This document shows, in pieces, positions 50,944 to 60,941 of a DNA stretch of 64,000 nt. The notes below the pieces were generated by a model. The model saw only the letters and a list, made by a program, of their open reading frames with translations, was not told the DNA's origin and searched no databases. The DNA is from an uncultured delta proteobacterium (GTDB lineage Bacteria; Desulfobacterota; Desulfobacteria; Desulfobacterales; JAFDCJ01): contig CAVYNY010000001.1 in assembly GCA_963769935.1 (NCBI GenBank), positions 1 to 64,000 on the forward strand, in the 5' to 3' direction. Numbering within the stretch: position 1 is the stretch's first letter; every line of letters begins with the position of its first letter. The translations under genes and the position numbers were made by a program.

Positions 50944-50975
50944 ACCCTGCTCGAGCCATCAAGCTCGAGCAGGGT
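50944..50975. other. Perfect 13-bp hairpin just upstream of the RBS
   Basis: ACCCTGCTCGAGC-CATCAA-GCTCGAGCAGGGT, ending 7 nt before AAGGAG. No U-tract follows. Confidence 0.6.
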
Positions 50976-50995
50976 ATTACCCAAGGAGACAAACT

Positions 50996-51895
50996 ATGCG
51001 ACTGGGAATGCACACGTATAGTTTATATCATCACGGCATCGCCGAGGATTGGGCCGGTTTTCGATTGCCCTGGCCCGGACAGATGGATATATGGCAGCTG
51101 ATGGATTACATGGTGGAACTCGGTCTGGAGGGAATACACCTCGACGATAAGGCTTTTGACGCCATGGATGAAGCGTATTTCAGCCGGGTTCGTGATTATG
51201 CCCGAGCGCGAAATCTGTATCTTGAATATAACTTTGCACTGCCCAGCAAAAAATATGATTCCAGTGTCCAGCACGAAATAGAGCAAGGTATTGGTATTGC
51301 CCGAGCAATCGGGGCCGATGTTGCCAAAATCGGTATGAATTTAAGCCGCCCCCAACCGGTAGCAGCAAGCAAGTTTCATCCTCAAGTCATAGCGCAGCTT
51401 GAAGGTGTCGTAAAAAAATTGAAGAAGGCGGCATCGCTGGCCGAGCAATCAGGAGTTAAGCTTGCCGTCGAAAATCATACGGACGCATTTTCGGAAGAAG
51501 TCATCTGGGTATTGGACCGGGTCAATCATCCATTTGTCGGCGCATGCATTGACACGGTCAACGGTTTGCACGTCACCGAGAACCCGATTACGGCCGTCGA
51601 AAATTTAGCGCCCAGAGCGTTTACCAATCACTTCAGGGACAACAAAATCATCATTAAACCTTACGGGTTCGAAATGACCGGCGCTGCCGTCGGAGAAGGC
51701 GATCTCGACATGCAGCGTGCCTATGAACTGATACACCGGAATCCGGATGTGAATCGGATAAACATCGAACTGGATCTGCAGTGCCCGCTGGATAACATGC
51801 AGGAAGCGCTGCGCATCGAACGCGAGGCTCTGCAAAGAAGTATCCGGTATTGTCGGGAAATACTGGGTATCGGGAGAAAGAATCAGGGCACCTGA
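50996..51895 (+). CDS. Sugar phosphate isomerase/epimerase TIM-barrel protein (AP_endonuc_2)
   Basis: LAVENH, CIDTVN, HFRD, GEGDLD and NIE motifs. Confidence 0.88.
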   Translation: MRLGMHTYSLYHHGIAEDWAGFRLPWPGQMDIWQLMDYMVELGLEGIHLDDKAFDAMDEAYFSRVRDYARARNLYLEYNFALPSKKYDSSVQHEIEQGIGIARAIGADVAKIGMNLSRPQPVAASKFHPQVIAQLEGVVKKLKKAASLAEQSGVKLAVENHTDAFSEEVIWVLDRVNHPFVGACIDTVNGLHVTENPITAVENLAPRAFTNHFRDNKIIIKPYGFEMTGAAVGEGDLDMQRAYELIHRNPDVNRINIELDLQCPLDNMQEALRIEREALQRSIRYCREILGIGRKNQGT

Positions 51896-52026
51896 AAAAC
51901 GACTACCGGAAGTGAACGGTTCATCGGTCAGGGGTCAGGGAGCAAGGGTTAGAAAATATTGAAATAATTCGTGGTTGTTCGTGTCAATTCGTGGTTAATA
52001 AATTTTTAAAGGGCTGAAATCATATT

Positions 52027-52902
52027 TTAGGGGTTATTGTCCCGTTTTTGATGCAGGTGTTGCCGCAGCAGCTGCACGACCTCCTGATTACCCTTTTGAG
52101 ATGCCGTATGCAAAGGCGTCACACCGTTATTATTTCTGGCATTGACATCCGCGCCCGCGGCAATGAGCAGGGCGACCGTTTCCCTGTCACCGGCCAGCGC
52201 AGCCGCATGCAAAGGGGTCATGCCCTCCGCGTTTTTAACATTGACATCCGCCCCCCTGGCAATGAGCAATGCGACGGTCTCGCTGCGTCCGGCCAAAGCC
52301 GCCGCATGCAGGGGGGTCACCCCGTCTTCATCTCTGGCATTGATATCGGCGCCCTTATCGATAAGCAATGCAACGACCTCATTGTTGCCGCTCCACGCTG
52401 CTGCATGCAACGGCGTCAAGCCCTGTACATCACCGCTATTGACATCCGCGCCCTTGGCGATCAGCATTGCAGCGACCTCCAGATAGCCTCTTACCGCCGC
52501 AATATGCAAGGGCTTTTCTCCAAGTTCATCCGCAACATTTACGTCGGCACCGGCCTCAAGGAGCGCTTTGACCTGGTCGATATCATTTAATTTCACGGCT
52601 TCGCCGAGCGACAGTTTGACAGGCGGTTCTTTGGCATTCAACCGGAATTTGGTCAGCTCATCTAATTGCCCGGTCTCCGGCATGCCATCGTCTTGTTGAA
52701 AGCTCTTTACTGCTTCGGCGGTCTTCTTTCCCCAAACTCCATCGGGTTTTCCGACATCGTATCCCAGTTCGTTCAGTTTTTTCTGCGCATTATAAACCGC
52801 ATCGTCATAGCAGACCGCAGTTTCAATTCCCAAAAGCACTGCACTGCAAATGATCACCAGAATTATTATCCAAAAATTTCTCAATTGCCTGAAATTTTGC
52901 AT
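52027..52902 (-). CDS. Exported peptidoglycan-binding domain plus ankyrin repeat protein
   Basis: Hydrophobic N-terminus, LNELGY..DGVWGKKT.EAVKSFQ (PG_binding_1), and about six 33-aa TPLH.AA repeats. Confidence 0.9.
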   Translation of the reverse strand: MQNFRQLRNFWIIILVIICSAVLLGIETAVCYDDAVYNAQKKLNELGYDVGKPDGVWGKKTAEAVKSFQQDDGMPETGQLDELTKFRLNAKEPPVKLSLGEAVKLNDIDQVKALLEAGADVNVADELGEKPLHIAAVRGYLEVAAMLIAKGADVNSGDVQGLTPLHAAAWSGNNEVVALLIDKGADINARDEDGVTPLHAAALAGRSETVALLIARGADVNVKNAEGMTPLHAAALAGDRETVALLIAAGADVNARNNNGVTPLHTASQKGNQEVVQLLRQHLHQKRDNNP

Positions 52903-53180
52903 TGCCGACTTGCTTAAAATACCAGGGCAGTTGATCCGAGCCCGCGTGATTAACTGCCCAATTAATTTTTGGAGAGTCTGAATTTTTTCTCAATTCTTAA
53001 ATAAAAATAGCAAAAACCCTAATTTTAGTCAAGTGATCAGCCGCAAGCCGTCATTGGCGTTGCACCGTCGATGACCCCAAATGCTTTATAGCGACCACCC
53101 GGTCATGCGCCATAGAAAGCCATAATCCCCTTCCGGCAGCGGGCGAGCGACCCATCAGTTCGATCATGGATGAACTCCCG

Positions 53181-53633
53181 TCAGAGGCTTCGTTCCAGGT
53201 TAATGGTTTTGGAGGGGCTAAACCGGTTCGCGCTGAAGAAATGTATCAGTTTGGAATCATTCCAGTCGACTAAGGTATTTACTTTTTGAACGCCGAGTTT
53301 TCTCAAATGATCCATAAATTCATTAATCAACTGCTCACCGATACCCTTATGCTGGCAATTGGGATCAACGCCGATGGTATCCAGGGTCGCTTTTTCCTGG
53401 AAAATACCATATTCTCCCATATATAGCTCCCCCATTACAAACCCCACCACCGTTCCGTCTTCTTCCTCTGCCACAAGCGAAGCGGGCAAATAATCTTTGG
53501 AATTAAAAAGTTTTTCAAACTTCATTTCATAGTAATCCGGCCGGGAAGCCTTGAGTACTTTCTCGTCAATCCCAACCACCGCGTCAAAATCTTCAGCCTT
53601 CATGAGTCTGATTTTAATGGTGCTCGCGTTCAT
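53181..53633 (-). CDS. GNAT family acetyltransferase
   Basis: IGVDPNCQHKGIG acetyl-CoA binding motif. Confidence 0.88.
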   Translation of the reverse strand: MNASTIKIRLMKAEDFDAVVGIDEKVLKASRPDYYEMKFEKLFNSKDYLPASLVAEEEDGTVVGFVMGELYMGEYGIFQEKATLDTIGVDPNCQHKGIGEQLINEFMDHLRKLGVQKVNTLVDWNDSKLIHFFSANRFSPSKTINLERSL

Positions 53634-53658
53634 GGTGCCTCCTTTATCTCAATTGAAT

Positions 53659-55524
53659 TTACATCCTGACCCGTGCGCTTTGCGGGTCGTACGGCGGCTT
53701 GAGATGAACTTTGATGGGAAACAGTCGGCCGGCAACATTTATTTCGTATCTGCCCGACAGGATCCAGTCATCTCGGATGCCTGCCGGGTTTTCCAGATAG
53801 CACATGCCGATGGCACAGCCGAGCAGGTGGGAAAAGGATCCATGGGTGTTTTCGCCGATGGGTTTACCATCGCGGTAAACCGGCTCATCATGGTAGATCA
53901 ATGGCTCGGGATCTTCTATGGTAAACGTCACCAGCTTGCGCTTGATGCCGGTATCCAGCTGTTTTTTTAATGCCGCCCGGCCGATAAAATCTCCCTTGTC
54001 CATTTTAACGCAAAATCCAAGACCGGCCTCAAAGGGCGTATCGTCCGGTGTAATATCGGCGCCCCAGTGTTTATAGCCTTTTTCCAGGCGCAGCGAGTCC
54101 AGGGCATGCAGCCCCACCAGTTTGAGGTTATGCTTTTCGCCGGCGGCCATCAGAGTATCGAACACATTATTTGAAAATTCAGTCGGAATGTAAAGCTCCC
54201 ATCCCAGTTCACCGACAAAGGAAATTCTGATGGCCAGGGGTCTGGCATAGGCCGCATCGATCTCCTGTGCGGTCGCAAAGGGGAAGGCCTCGTTGGAAAG
54301 GTCGGCATACAGATTGCCGACGGCTTCGGTGACGCGGTCATAAAGATACCGGTGGTTCGCCTGCCAGCCGTGAAAGCGACGGATGTCGACCGCCCACAGG
54401 TCCTCTTCCGGATACCCCTGATCCATCCACTGGGCCAGGGCCTTGCCGGCACCGCCGGCACTGGTGATCCCCACCGAATTCATCCCGGCGGCCACGAAAA
54501 AGTTTTTCACCCCCGGGGCTTCCCCCAGCATGTAAGCTGTATCCGGCGTAAAACTCTCCGGAACGGTGGTCAAGCTGTTGACTTCCGCCTCCTCGAAGGC
54601 CGGCACTCTTTTGATGGCGTTTTTCATGAAAATTTCAAACTGGTCCCAATCTTCCTGCAGCTGGGTATAGGCAAAATCTTCGGGGATGCCTTGCGCGCCC
54701 CAAGGCTTGGCCACGGGTTCGAATCCGCCCATCAACAAACCGCCCATTTCTTCCTTGACGTAGATATAGCCGTCCATGTCCCTCAGATAGGGCATGCCTT
54801 TGTAAGTGCCCTCAATCGGGTTGGTGGACAGGTGCATGTGCTCGGCCGCGTGCAGGGGAATGCCGACCCCGACCATTTTACCGACTTGCCGGGCCCACAT
54901 GCCGGCACAGTTGACGACATATTCGCAGACGATGTCGCCCCGGTCGGTGCGAACGCCGGCAACAGCCCCTTTTTTAAGGTGAATATCGATAACCTTAATC
55001 CCTTCAATAAGGTTGGCACCCCCCATTCGAGCACCTTTGGCAAGGGCCTGGGTGGTGTCCTCCGGATTGGTGTGTCCGTCATTGGCTTGAAACCAGGCAG
55101 CCACCAAATCTCTGGTATTTAACAGCGGAAACAGCCGGCGCGCCTCCTCGAGGCTGATTTCTTCCATCGGGATGCCGAATGAGTGCGCCATGGCCATGGA
55201 ACGGTCGAACTCGCTCTTGCGGGCCTTGGTCTGGGCAACCCGGATGGAGCCGGGACGCTGATAGCCGGTTGGCTGTCCGGTTTCCGCTTCCAGGCGTGCG
55301 TACAGCTCAGCACCGTACACAGCCAGTTTGGTCAGCGCACTGTCGGACCAGAGCTGGCCCAGCAAGCCGGCCGCGGCCCAGGAAGTGCCGGAGGCAATGG
55401 TTTTACGCTCAAGTAAAACCACTTCCTGCCAGCCGATTTTGCACAAATGGTACGCAACACTGCAGCCGACTATCCCCCCGCCGATGATGACCACCCTGGC
55501 ATGGGTGGGCAGCTGTTTGGACAT
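53659..55524 (-). pseudogene. GcvT-family (dimethylglycine/sarcosine dehydrogenase-like) oxidoreductase with an apparent in-frame internal deletion
   Basis: IIGGGIVG FAD motif, PESFTPD, ISFVGELGWE and SLRLEKG are present. It is only 621 aa, and GNLYA runs straight into DLSNEAFPF, skipping the HWP...GPQS segment. The ORF is still open. Confidence 0.7.
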
Positions 55525-55610
55525 GTTGACCTCCTTACGGCTGCTTCGGTTTCATTTCCGCCGTTTTGATAGTGATGCCGAAAAACTTAATAAGTTCCTT
55601 CATCTTCTTT

Positions 55611-55652
55611 CATTCAATGTTCAATGTTGGACGTTCGAGGTTCGATGTTCAT
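55611..55652. repeat. 7-bp-period array (TTCAATG/TTCGATG)
   Basis: ttcaatgttcaatgttggacgttcgaggttcgatgttc. Confidence 0.7.
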
Positions 55653-55777
55653 TTTTTCAGTTCCTGCCACTTCAAAACAATTTACCGCTTATGGGAGGCC
55701 GCCATCCGCCCTCCTGAAGTGCAGCAAATCAAATTTTTTAATTTTATTAACAGGCAAAACCTGGTAAAGTCAATAAG

Positions 55778-56770
55778 ATGTCTCTTTCAAACGACTCAAA
55801 TCAAATCCCACAGGCTTCTGCCGCCAAAGATCCCATCAGCGCCCACCGCGCTTTTGTCTATGGTGCCTGCGGCCCCGGCTTCGGGGAAATATATGCCGGC
55901 GCCCGCCTGCGGGGCTATGCCACGCTGCTGCTGTTCATGTTTTTCACGGCCTGGTTTACCTGGTCGCTGGTCGGGGTCATAAGAGTCTTCGTGGGCCAGG
56001 TATTTGACAGCCTCAACGGTATGGCGCCGTTTGCTCTGCCGCAGATGTCTTTTACCACTGTGGCAGTTTCTTTTTTTGGGATCTATTTTACCTGGTTATG
56101 GGCCATGATCTCCTCAGTCGAGGCGGCGATCAGCAGCCGTCAAAAAGCCGGCGCAGAAGCCCAGGCCAGCGTCGGGTGGGCTGCCGCGATCGCCTGGTTT
56201 TGCCCCGGCGCCGGTCAGATTTACACGGCTGAGCGTCGCTTCGGGTTTATCCTGTTCGGGGTGTATCTTCTGGGAATACTGCTCGTTGTTCCGGCTTACC
56301 TGCAATTGTTCCAAAGCCTGTCCGAACTGGCCAAAAGCGGAAAGCTGTCGGCCCACGATCCCTTTGCAGTTATCGCCATCGTCCATGAGCTTATCGCCCG
56401 GGTGAATTACAGCTTCGGCAAGCTCTTTCAGGACGCCGTAAAGTATTTTTCAGTCGCCGGCGCTTTGGCCGCCTTAAGGCAAGGCCCCCTGATAACCGAC
56501 ACAAAATGGTTAAGGCCGTCAATGGCCTACGGCGCCGCCCTTTTGGGTCTCGGTTGGCTCTGTCCGGGCTCCGGGCAGCTGCTGCAGGGGCGCAACAGGC
56601 TCGGATGGGGCCTTTTTACCGGATATGTCGCCAGTAAGATTCTCATCGGAATTTTGCTGGGCCGGGACTTCATAACCGTTCAAAATGCGGATGCGCTGGC
56701 CTGGGTGTCCGTGATTGTGCAGTGGGTCGCCATGATCGAGGCACCGCTGGCAATGAGGAAAGCCAAATAG
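55778..56770 (+). CDS. Hypothetical polytopic membrane protein with three C(G)PGxG(Q/E) repeats
   Basis: CGPGFGEIYAG, CPGAGQIYTA and CPGSGQLLQG, each followed by a transmembrane helix. Confidence 0.75.
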   Translation: MSLSNDSNQIPQASAAKDPISAHRAFVYGACGPGFGEIYAGARLRGYATLLLFMFFTAWFTWSLVGVIRVFVGQVFDSLNGMAPFALPQMSFTTVAVSFFGIYFTWLWAMISSVEAAISSRQKAGAEAQASVGWAAAIAWFCPGAGQIYTAERRFGFILFGVYLLGILLVVPAYLQLFQSLSELAKSGKLSAHDPFAVIAIVHELIARVNYSFGKLFQDAVKYFSVAGALAALRQGPLITDTKWLRPSMAYGAALLGLGWLCPGSGQLLQGRNRLGWGLFTGYVASKILIGILLGRDFITVQNADALAWVSVIVQWVAMIEAPLAMRKAK

Positions 56771-56960
56771 GAAAGGGAAGTAAAGAATCCTGGCCCAGAA
56801 GGCCAGGCTTTCAATGCTGGAATAAAAAGGCCTCAATGGCAAGGGGCCGGATCGCTGTTTGAGCCGGCGCATGGGCCTGGATCCAGCCCCTTGACCTTTT
56901 CGGATCAACGGCTTCTATGGTTTGACAAATCGTACTGAACTTGATCGATGAATATGCGAC

Positions 56961-57338
56961 TCATCCACCCAGCTGCAGTTTGATCCATTCTGCAGGGCGG
57001 CCCCGCTCATCATCTACAAATCTAACCTCGGCCGACATACCTTTTTTGCAATCTGCCAGTGCGCCGTAAACATTTTTTTGATTCAGTCTGCTCTTGTCCA
57101 GGTATATCTTCGTATTTTCAGTCACCTGGACGTTGTAACTGCCGGTGGCGTTCGACAGGGTAAGGGCGCCATTTTGAGCATCAACACGCTCGATTTTTCC
57201 GATAACCGTTAATTTTCCGGACACCCCGGGCGACTGGCCGAGTGGAATATACAACTCCGTTGTTTTCTCGGCGAGTGCCTGGGACAGGACACCCACCAGA
57301 CCAACTATAATTGCGACGAATAGAATTCGTTTCAGCAT
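56961..57338 (-). CDS. Small exported hypothetical protein (predicted beta-rich)
   Basis: Signal peptide ending ALA-E and a GGAGG RBS. Starts 39 nt after the cytochrome gene. Confidence 0.8.
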   Translation of the reverse strand: MLKRILFVAIIVGLVGVLSQALAEKTTELYIPLGQSPGVSGKLTVIGKIERVDAQNGALTLSNATGSYNVQVTENTKIYLDKSRLNQKNVYGALADCKKGMSAEVRFVDDERGRPAEWIKLQLGG

Positions 57339-57377
57339 GGCTGTTCACCTCCCTTGGGTTTACCTTGCAAGATATAT

Positions 57378-58733
57378 TCAGGAAGCTTCAACGAGTTCAT
57401 TGCGGGCTTTTTCCTGCAGTTTGATAGCCTCCCGGGCATGACGCGCTTTTAAAAATATGCTGTGCTTCGCTTTCTTGGTCGAGTTCATGGCTTCTTCCAA
57501 ATAGATCACGGCCGCAGGATGCAGCCCGCCGCCCTTGAGCACCCTGATGCTGTTTCCGGTTTCAACCAGCGCTGAATCCAGCAGATCTTCGCCGGCCTGC
57601 ACGGATTGGAAATTTTTGGCTGCAAATTTCTCCAGCATTTCAATACTCTCACGAATATTTTCCAGCGTATTGATAACCCGCAGGAAGGCGGCGATCTCGA
57701 CGATCTGGGTGCCGTCCAGTTCAATACCGCTGCCGGTGGCGTTTATGATCAGCTGCGCTGCAGGTGAATTGTTAAAGGATTCCCCATCGTAGAAGCCGAC
57801 CGCCCCCTCGATGGTTTCAATCGAATTGTTGTGGAAAAACGGTCCGCTGTCGGCTGCCTCGACCAGTGAAGGCACATTGAAAGTGCCGTCGCCGGGCGTG
57901 CCGAATCCGTCATCGGGCGGCACCAGCTCTCCGGTCAGACGGGCGGGCTGATCGGGCAGATCCTCCACGCCGGTATTAAAATTCTGATTGCCGGTATTTT
58001 GACCAAAAACAGCCGGATCTGCGTTGGCACCGGCATTGAAGTGGCACGCAAAGCATTTGCCCTCCGTCGGACTGAGGAAAATCTCCTGTCCTCGCTTGGC
58101 AACCGTGCCTTTGAGCGGCAAGGGCAAAGTCAATTCACTCTGCCGGCCGAGGGATAATTGAAACGCTTCCAGGGCGTCGAGTTCCTCGTCGGTGGGGAGA
58201 CGGAAATCCACACCGGGAATCCGATTGAGTGTTTTGGTGAAGTGTTGGATGACCGCGCCGGTGGCAAATGACCGCAGGGAACCGTCACCCGGCGCGCCAT
58301 CGCCCGACCATCCGGTTCGCGGCCCCTTGTTGCTGTTCACTGAAAACCGAAGGCCCCGCAGGTGGGGTATCCCGCGCTGGGTGAATTTGTTGGCTAGATC
58401 GTCGAAGCCGTCCAGGTTTTCGATAATTAATCCAAATTCCCGCATCAGCCGGGGATTCTCGAAATTTTCTTTCAGCGCCGGATTGAATTCGGCGACAAAC
58501 AGCGGATTATCGGCCGGCAAGGCGGCAATAAAGGCGGGGTCGATGGTGAAGTTGTTTTCCGCCGGGTGGCAGGAGCCGCAGGTTCGGCCATTGCCGCCAA
58601 ATGTTTCATTGAAGAAAATTTCCTTGCCTTTGGCGATCAGCGCCTCATTCGGATCCGGAGGTTGCGGCGGCGACGGCAGGTGGCAGCCGGCGGCCAGTAA
58701 TACCCCGCAAATGAGCACTCCAATCTTTTTCAT
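57378..58733 (-). CDS. Diheme cytochrome c peroxidase/MauG-superfamily lipoprotein
   Basis: Lipobox LAAGC, two heme motifs CGSCH and CFACH, and FNVPSL..GPFFHNN. Confidence 0.82.
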   Translation of the reverse strand: MKKIGVLICGVLLAAGCHLPSPPQPPDPNEALIAKGKEIFFNETFGGNGRTCGSCHPAENNFTIDPAFIAALPADNPLFVAEFNPALKENFENPRLMREFGLIIENLDGFDDLANKFTQRGIPHLRGLRFSVNSNKGPRTGWSGDGAPGDGSLRSFATGAVIQHFTKTLNRIPGVDFRLPTDEELDALEAFQLSLGRQSELTLPLPLKGTVAKRGQEIFLSPTEGKCFACHFNAGANADPAVFGQNTGNQNFNTGVEDLPDQPARLTGELVPPDDGFGTPGDGTFNVPSLVEAADSGPFFHNNSIETIEGAVGFYDGESFNNSPAAQLIINATGSGIELDGTQIVEIAAFLRVINTLENIRESIEMLEKFAAKNFQSVQAGEDLLDSALVETGNSIRVLKGGGLHPAAVIYLEEAMNSTKKAKHSIFLKARHAREAIKLQEKARNELVEAS

Positions 58734-60934
58734 TTTGTTCTCCTTTCAGTTGCAAATTTCAATCGGGCTTGCAATCCCGTGTAGCGGCGCTGCGTTTTGT
58801 TGTTGCTCACCCCGATGGCCAACGCTTTTTTGCTGCCCACGATGACGACCAGCCGTTTGCCGCGGGTGACGGCCGTATAAAGCAGGTTGCGCTGCAGGAG
58901 GATATAGTGCTGGGTAACAAGGGGTATAATCACAGCCGGATATTCGGATCCCTGGGATTTATGCACGGACACGGCATAAGCCGGCACGATTTCGTCCAGA
59001 TCGCTGAAGTCGTACCGCACCTGGCGGCCGTCGAAAGTGATCAGGACTTCCCGCTCTTCCCCGGCAATGGAAGTAATTCGACCGATATCCCCGTTAAATA
59101 CTTCCTTGTCATAGTTGTTTCTGATCTGCATAACTTTATCGTTGATCCGGAAGGTGCGATCGCCGCGCGTGATCCCGCCCTCGCCGGGGTTTAAAACCGC
59201 CTGCAGCTGCTGATTCAGGTTGCCGGCACCGACGACGCCCCGGTGCATGGGGGTCAATATCTGGATCTCGTCAACCGGGTCCAGACCAAAGCGCCGGGGG
59301 ATGCGCTTTTTACTCAGCTCCAGGATAATCTCCAGCACTTTTTCAGGATCCTCCTGCTCGATAAAATAAAAATCATTGCGCGGGTCGGTTGAATCGGCGG
59401 TGTTAAGGGAGGGCAAAATGCCTTCGTTGATTTTATGGGCATTGACAATGATGTTGCTGGTCATGGCCTGGCGAAAAATCTTATCCAGGGTCACCACCGG
59501 CACGGCAGCCGATGCAATGATATCATTGAGAACATTTCCGGCGCCCACTGAAGGCAGCTGGTTCACATCGCCGACCAGAATAAAAGTGGCAAAAGGCGGG
59601 ACCGCCCGCAGCAGGAAGTACATCAGGATGGTATCGATCATCGACGCCTCATCGATAACCAGCACATCACAGTCGAGCGGTTTGTCCTCATTACGCTGAA
59701 AGCCGCCTTTCTGCGGGCTGTATTCCAGCAACCGGTGAATTGTTTTGGCTTCCAGGCCGGTGGTCTCCCCCATCCGTTTGGCGGCCCGACCGGTGGGTGC
59801 GGCCAGCATCATGCGGGCTTTGATTCGGGCGTAGATCTTCAGAACTGCGTTGATGATGGTCGTTTTTCCGGTACCCGGGCCGCCGGTAATCACCATGACT
59901 TTGTTTTCAATGGCCCGCCGCACGGCCTCAATCTGCTTGCCGGCCAAGGTGATGGCAAGCTGGCCCTGAACCCAGTCAATGGCCTTTTGAGAGTCAATAT
60001 CCCGCAGGGATTTGGGAGCGTCGATCAGGCTTTTTACACTCTGGGCAATGCCCGTTTCACACAGGTGGAACCGGCTTAAAAACACAGCTTTATGATTTTC
60101 CGGCAACGCATCGCGGCCGTGATTCAAATCTTCGATGACGATCTTCTGATTATGCGCCAGCGCCTCCAGGGACTTAACCACGGCCTCGCGCTCGACCGCG
60201 AGGATTTCACAGCTTTTTAAAATCAGCGACTCATAGGGGAAGTAAACATGGCCCTCGTCGGACAGTTGATTTAAGACATAAAGAATCCCGGCTTCAACCC
60301 GGATGCCGGCGTCTTTGGCAATACCCAGTTTGGCCGCGATCTGGTCGGCGGTGACAAATCCGATGCCGAAGATATCCGTCGCCAGCCGATACGGATTTTC
60401 CTTGACCACGGCAATGGAACGGCTGCCGTAGTGTTTGAAGATTTTAGCGGCATATCCGGAGCCGACGCCGTGGCTTTGCAAAAAAAGCATGACATCCCGG
60501 ATGTCTCTTTGCGCATCCCAGGCGGTTGCAATCATGCCGATTCGTTTTTTGCCGATGCCCGCCACTTCGGCCAGCCGCTGGATATCGCTTTCGATAATCT
60601 CCAGCGTCTCTTTCCCGAATGTATCCACAATGCGGCCGGCCATCACGGGGCCGAGTCCTTTGATCAGACCCGAGCCCAGATATTTGCGGATACCGTAGAC
60701 AGTCGCCGGAACCTCGGTGCGATATTCGAGTACCTTAAACTGCTCGCCGAATTTGGGGTGGTGGGACCACTCCCCTTGCATGTCAAGAATTTCACCGGGC
60801 ATGGGCGCCATCAGCGTTCCCACCACCGTTACAAGATCGCGCCGTCCGGGCACCTTCACCTTGGCGATGGTAAAACTGTTTTCTTCGTTGGTGAACGTTA
60901 TGCGTTCGATCTGGCCGGTGAGTTCAGTTGGCAT
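58730..60934 (-). CDS. recD2: ATP-dependent RecD2-type DNA helicase
   Basis: N-terminal OB and HhH region, GGPGTGKT, DEASM and YAVSVHKSQGSEY. Confidence 0.95.
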   Translation of the reverse strand: MPTELTGQIERITFTNEENSFTIAKVKVPGRRDLVTVVGTLMAPMPGEILDMQGEWSHHPKFGEQFKVLEYRTEVPATVYGIRKYLGSGLIKGLGPVMAGRIVDTFGKETLEIIESDIQRLAEVAGIGKKRIGMIATAWDAQRDIRDVMLFLQSHGVGSGYAAKIFKHYGSRSIAVVKENPYRLATDIFGIGFVTADQIAAKLGIAKDAGIRVEAGILYVLNQLSDEGHVYFPYESLILKSCEILAVEREAVVKSLEALAHNQKIVIEDLNHGRDALPENHKAVFLSRFHLCETGIAQSVKSLIDAPKSLRDIDSQKAIDWVQGQLAITLAGKQIEAVRRAIENKVMVITGGPGTGKTTIINAVLKIYARIKARMMLAAPTGRAAKRMGETTGLEAKTIHRLLEYSPQKGGFQRNEDKPLDCDVLVIDEASMIDTILMYFLLRAVPPFATFILVGDVNQLPSVGAGNVLNDIIASAAVPVVTLDKIFRQAMTSNIIVNAHKINEGILPSLNTADSTDPRNDFYFIEQEDPEKVLEIILELSKKRIPRRFGLDPVDEIQILTPMHRGVVGAGNLNQQLQAVLNPGEGGITRGDRTFRINDKVMQIRNNYDKEVFNGDIGRITSIAGEEREVLITFDGRQVRYDFSDLDEIVPAYAVSVHKSQGSEYPAVIIPLVTQHYILLQRNLLYTAVTRGKRLVVIVGSKKALAIGVSNNKTQRRYTGLQARLKFATERRTK

Positions 60935-60941
60935 GGCTTAT

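Noticed and set aside
52060..52560. Regularly spaced TTGACATCCGCGCCC repeats as a possible CRISPR array
   Set aside because: The 99-bp period equals the ankyrin repeat, and the repeats lie in frame within a CDS. No cas genes are present.
55525..55777. Possible glycine riboswitch upstream of the GcvT-family gene
   Set aside because: No GGAGA...CCGAAG...CTCTCAGG aptamer pattern is present on the minus strand.
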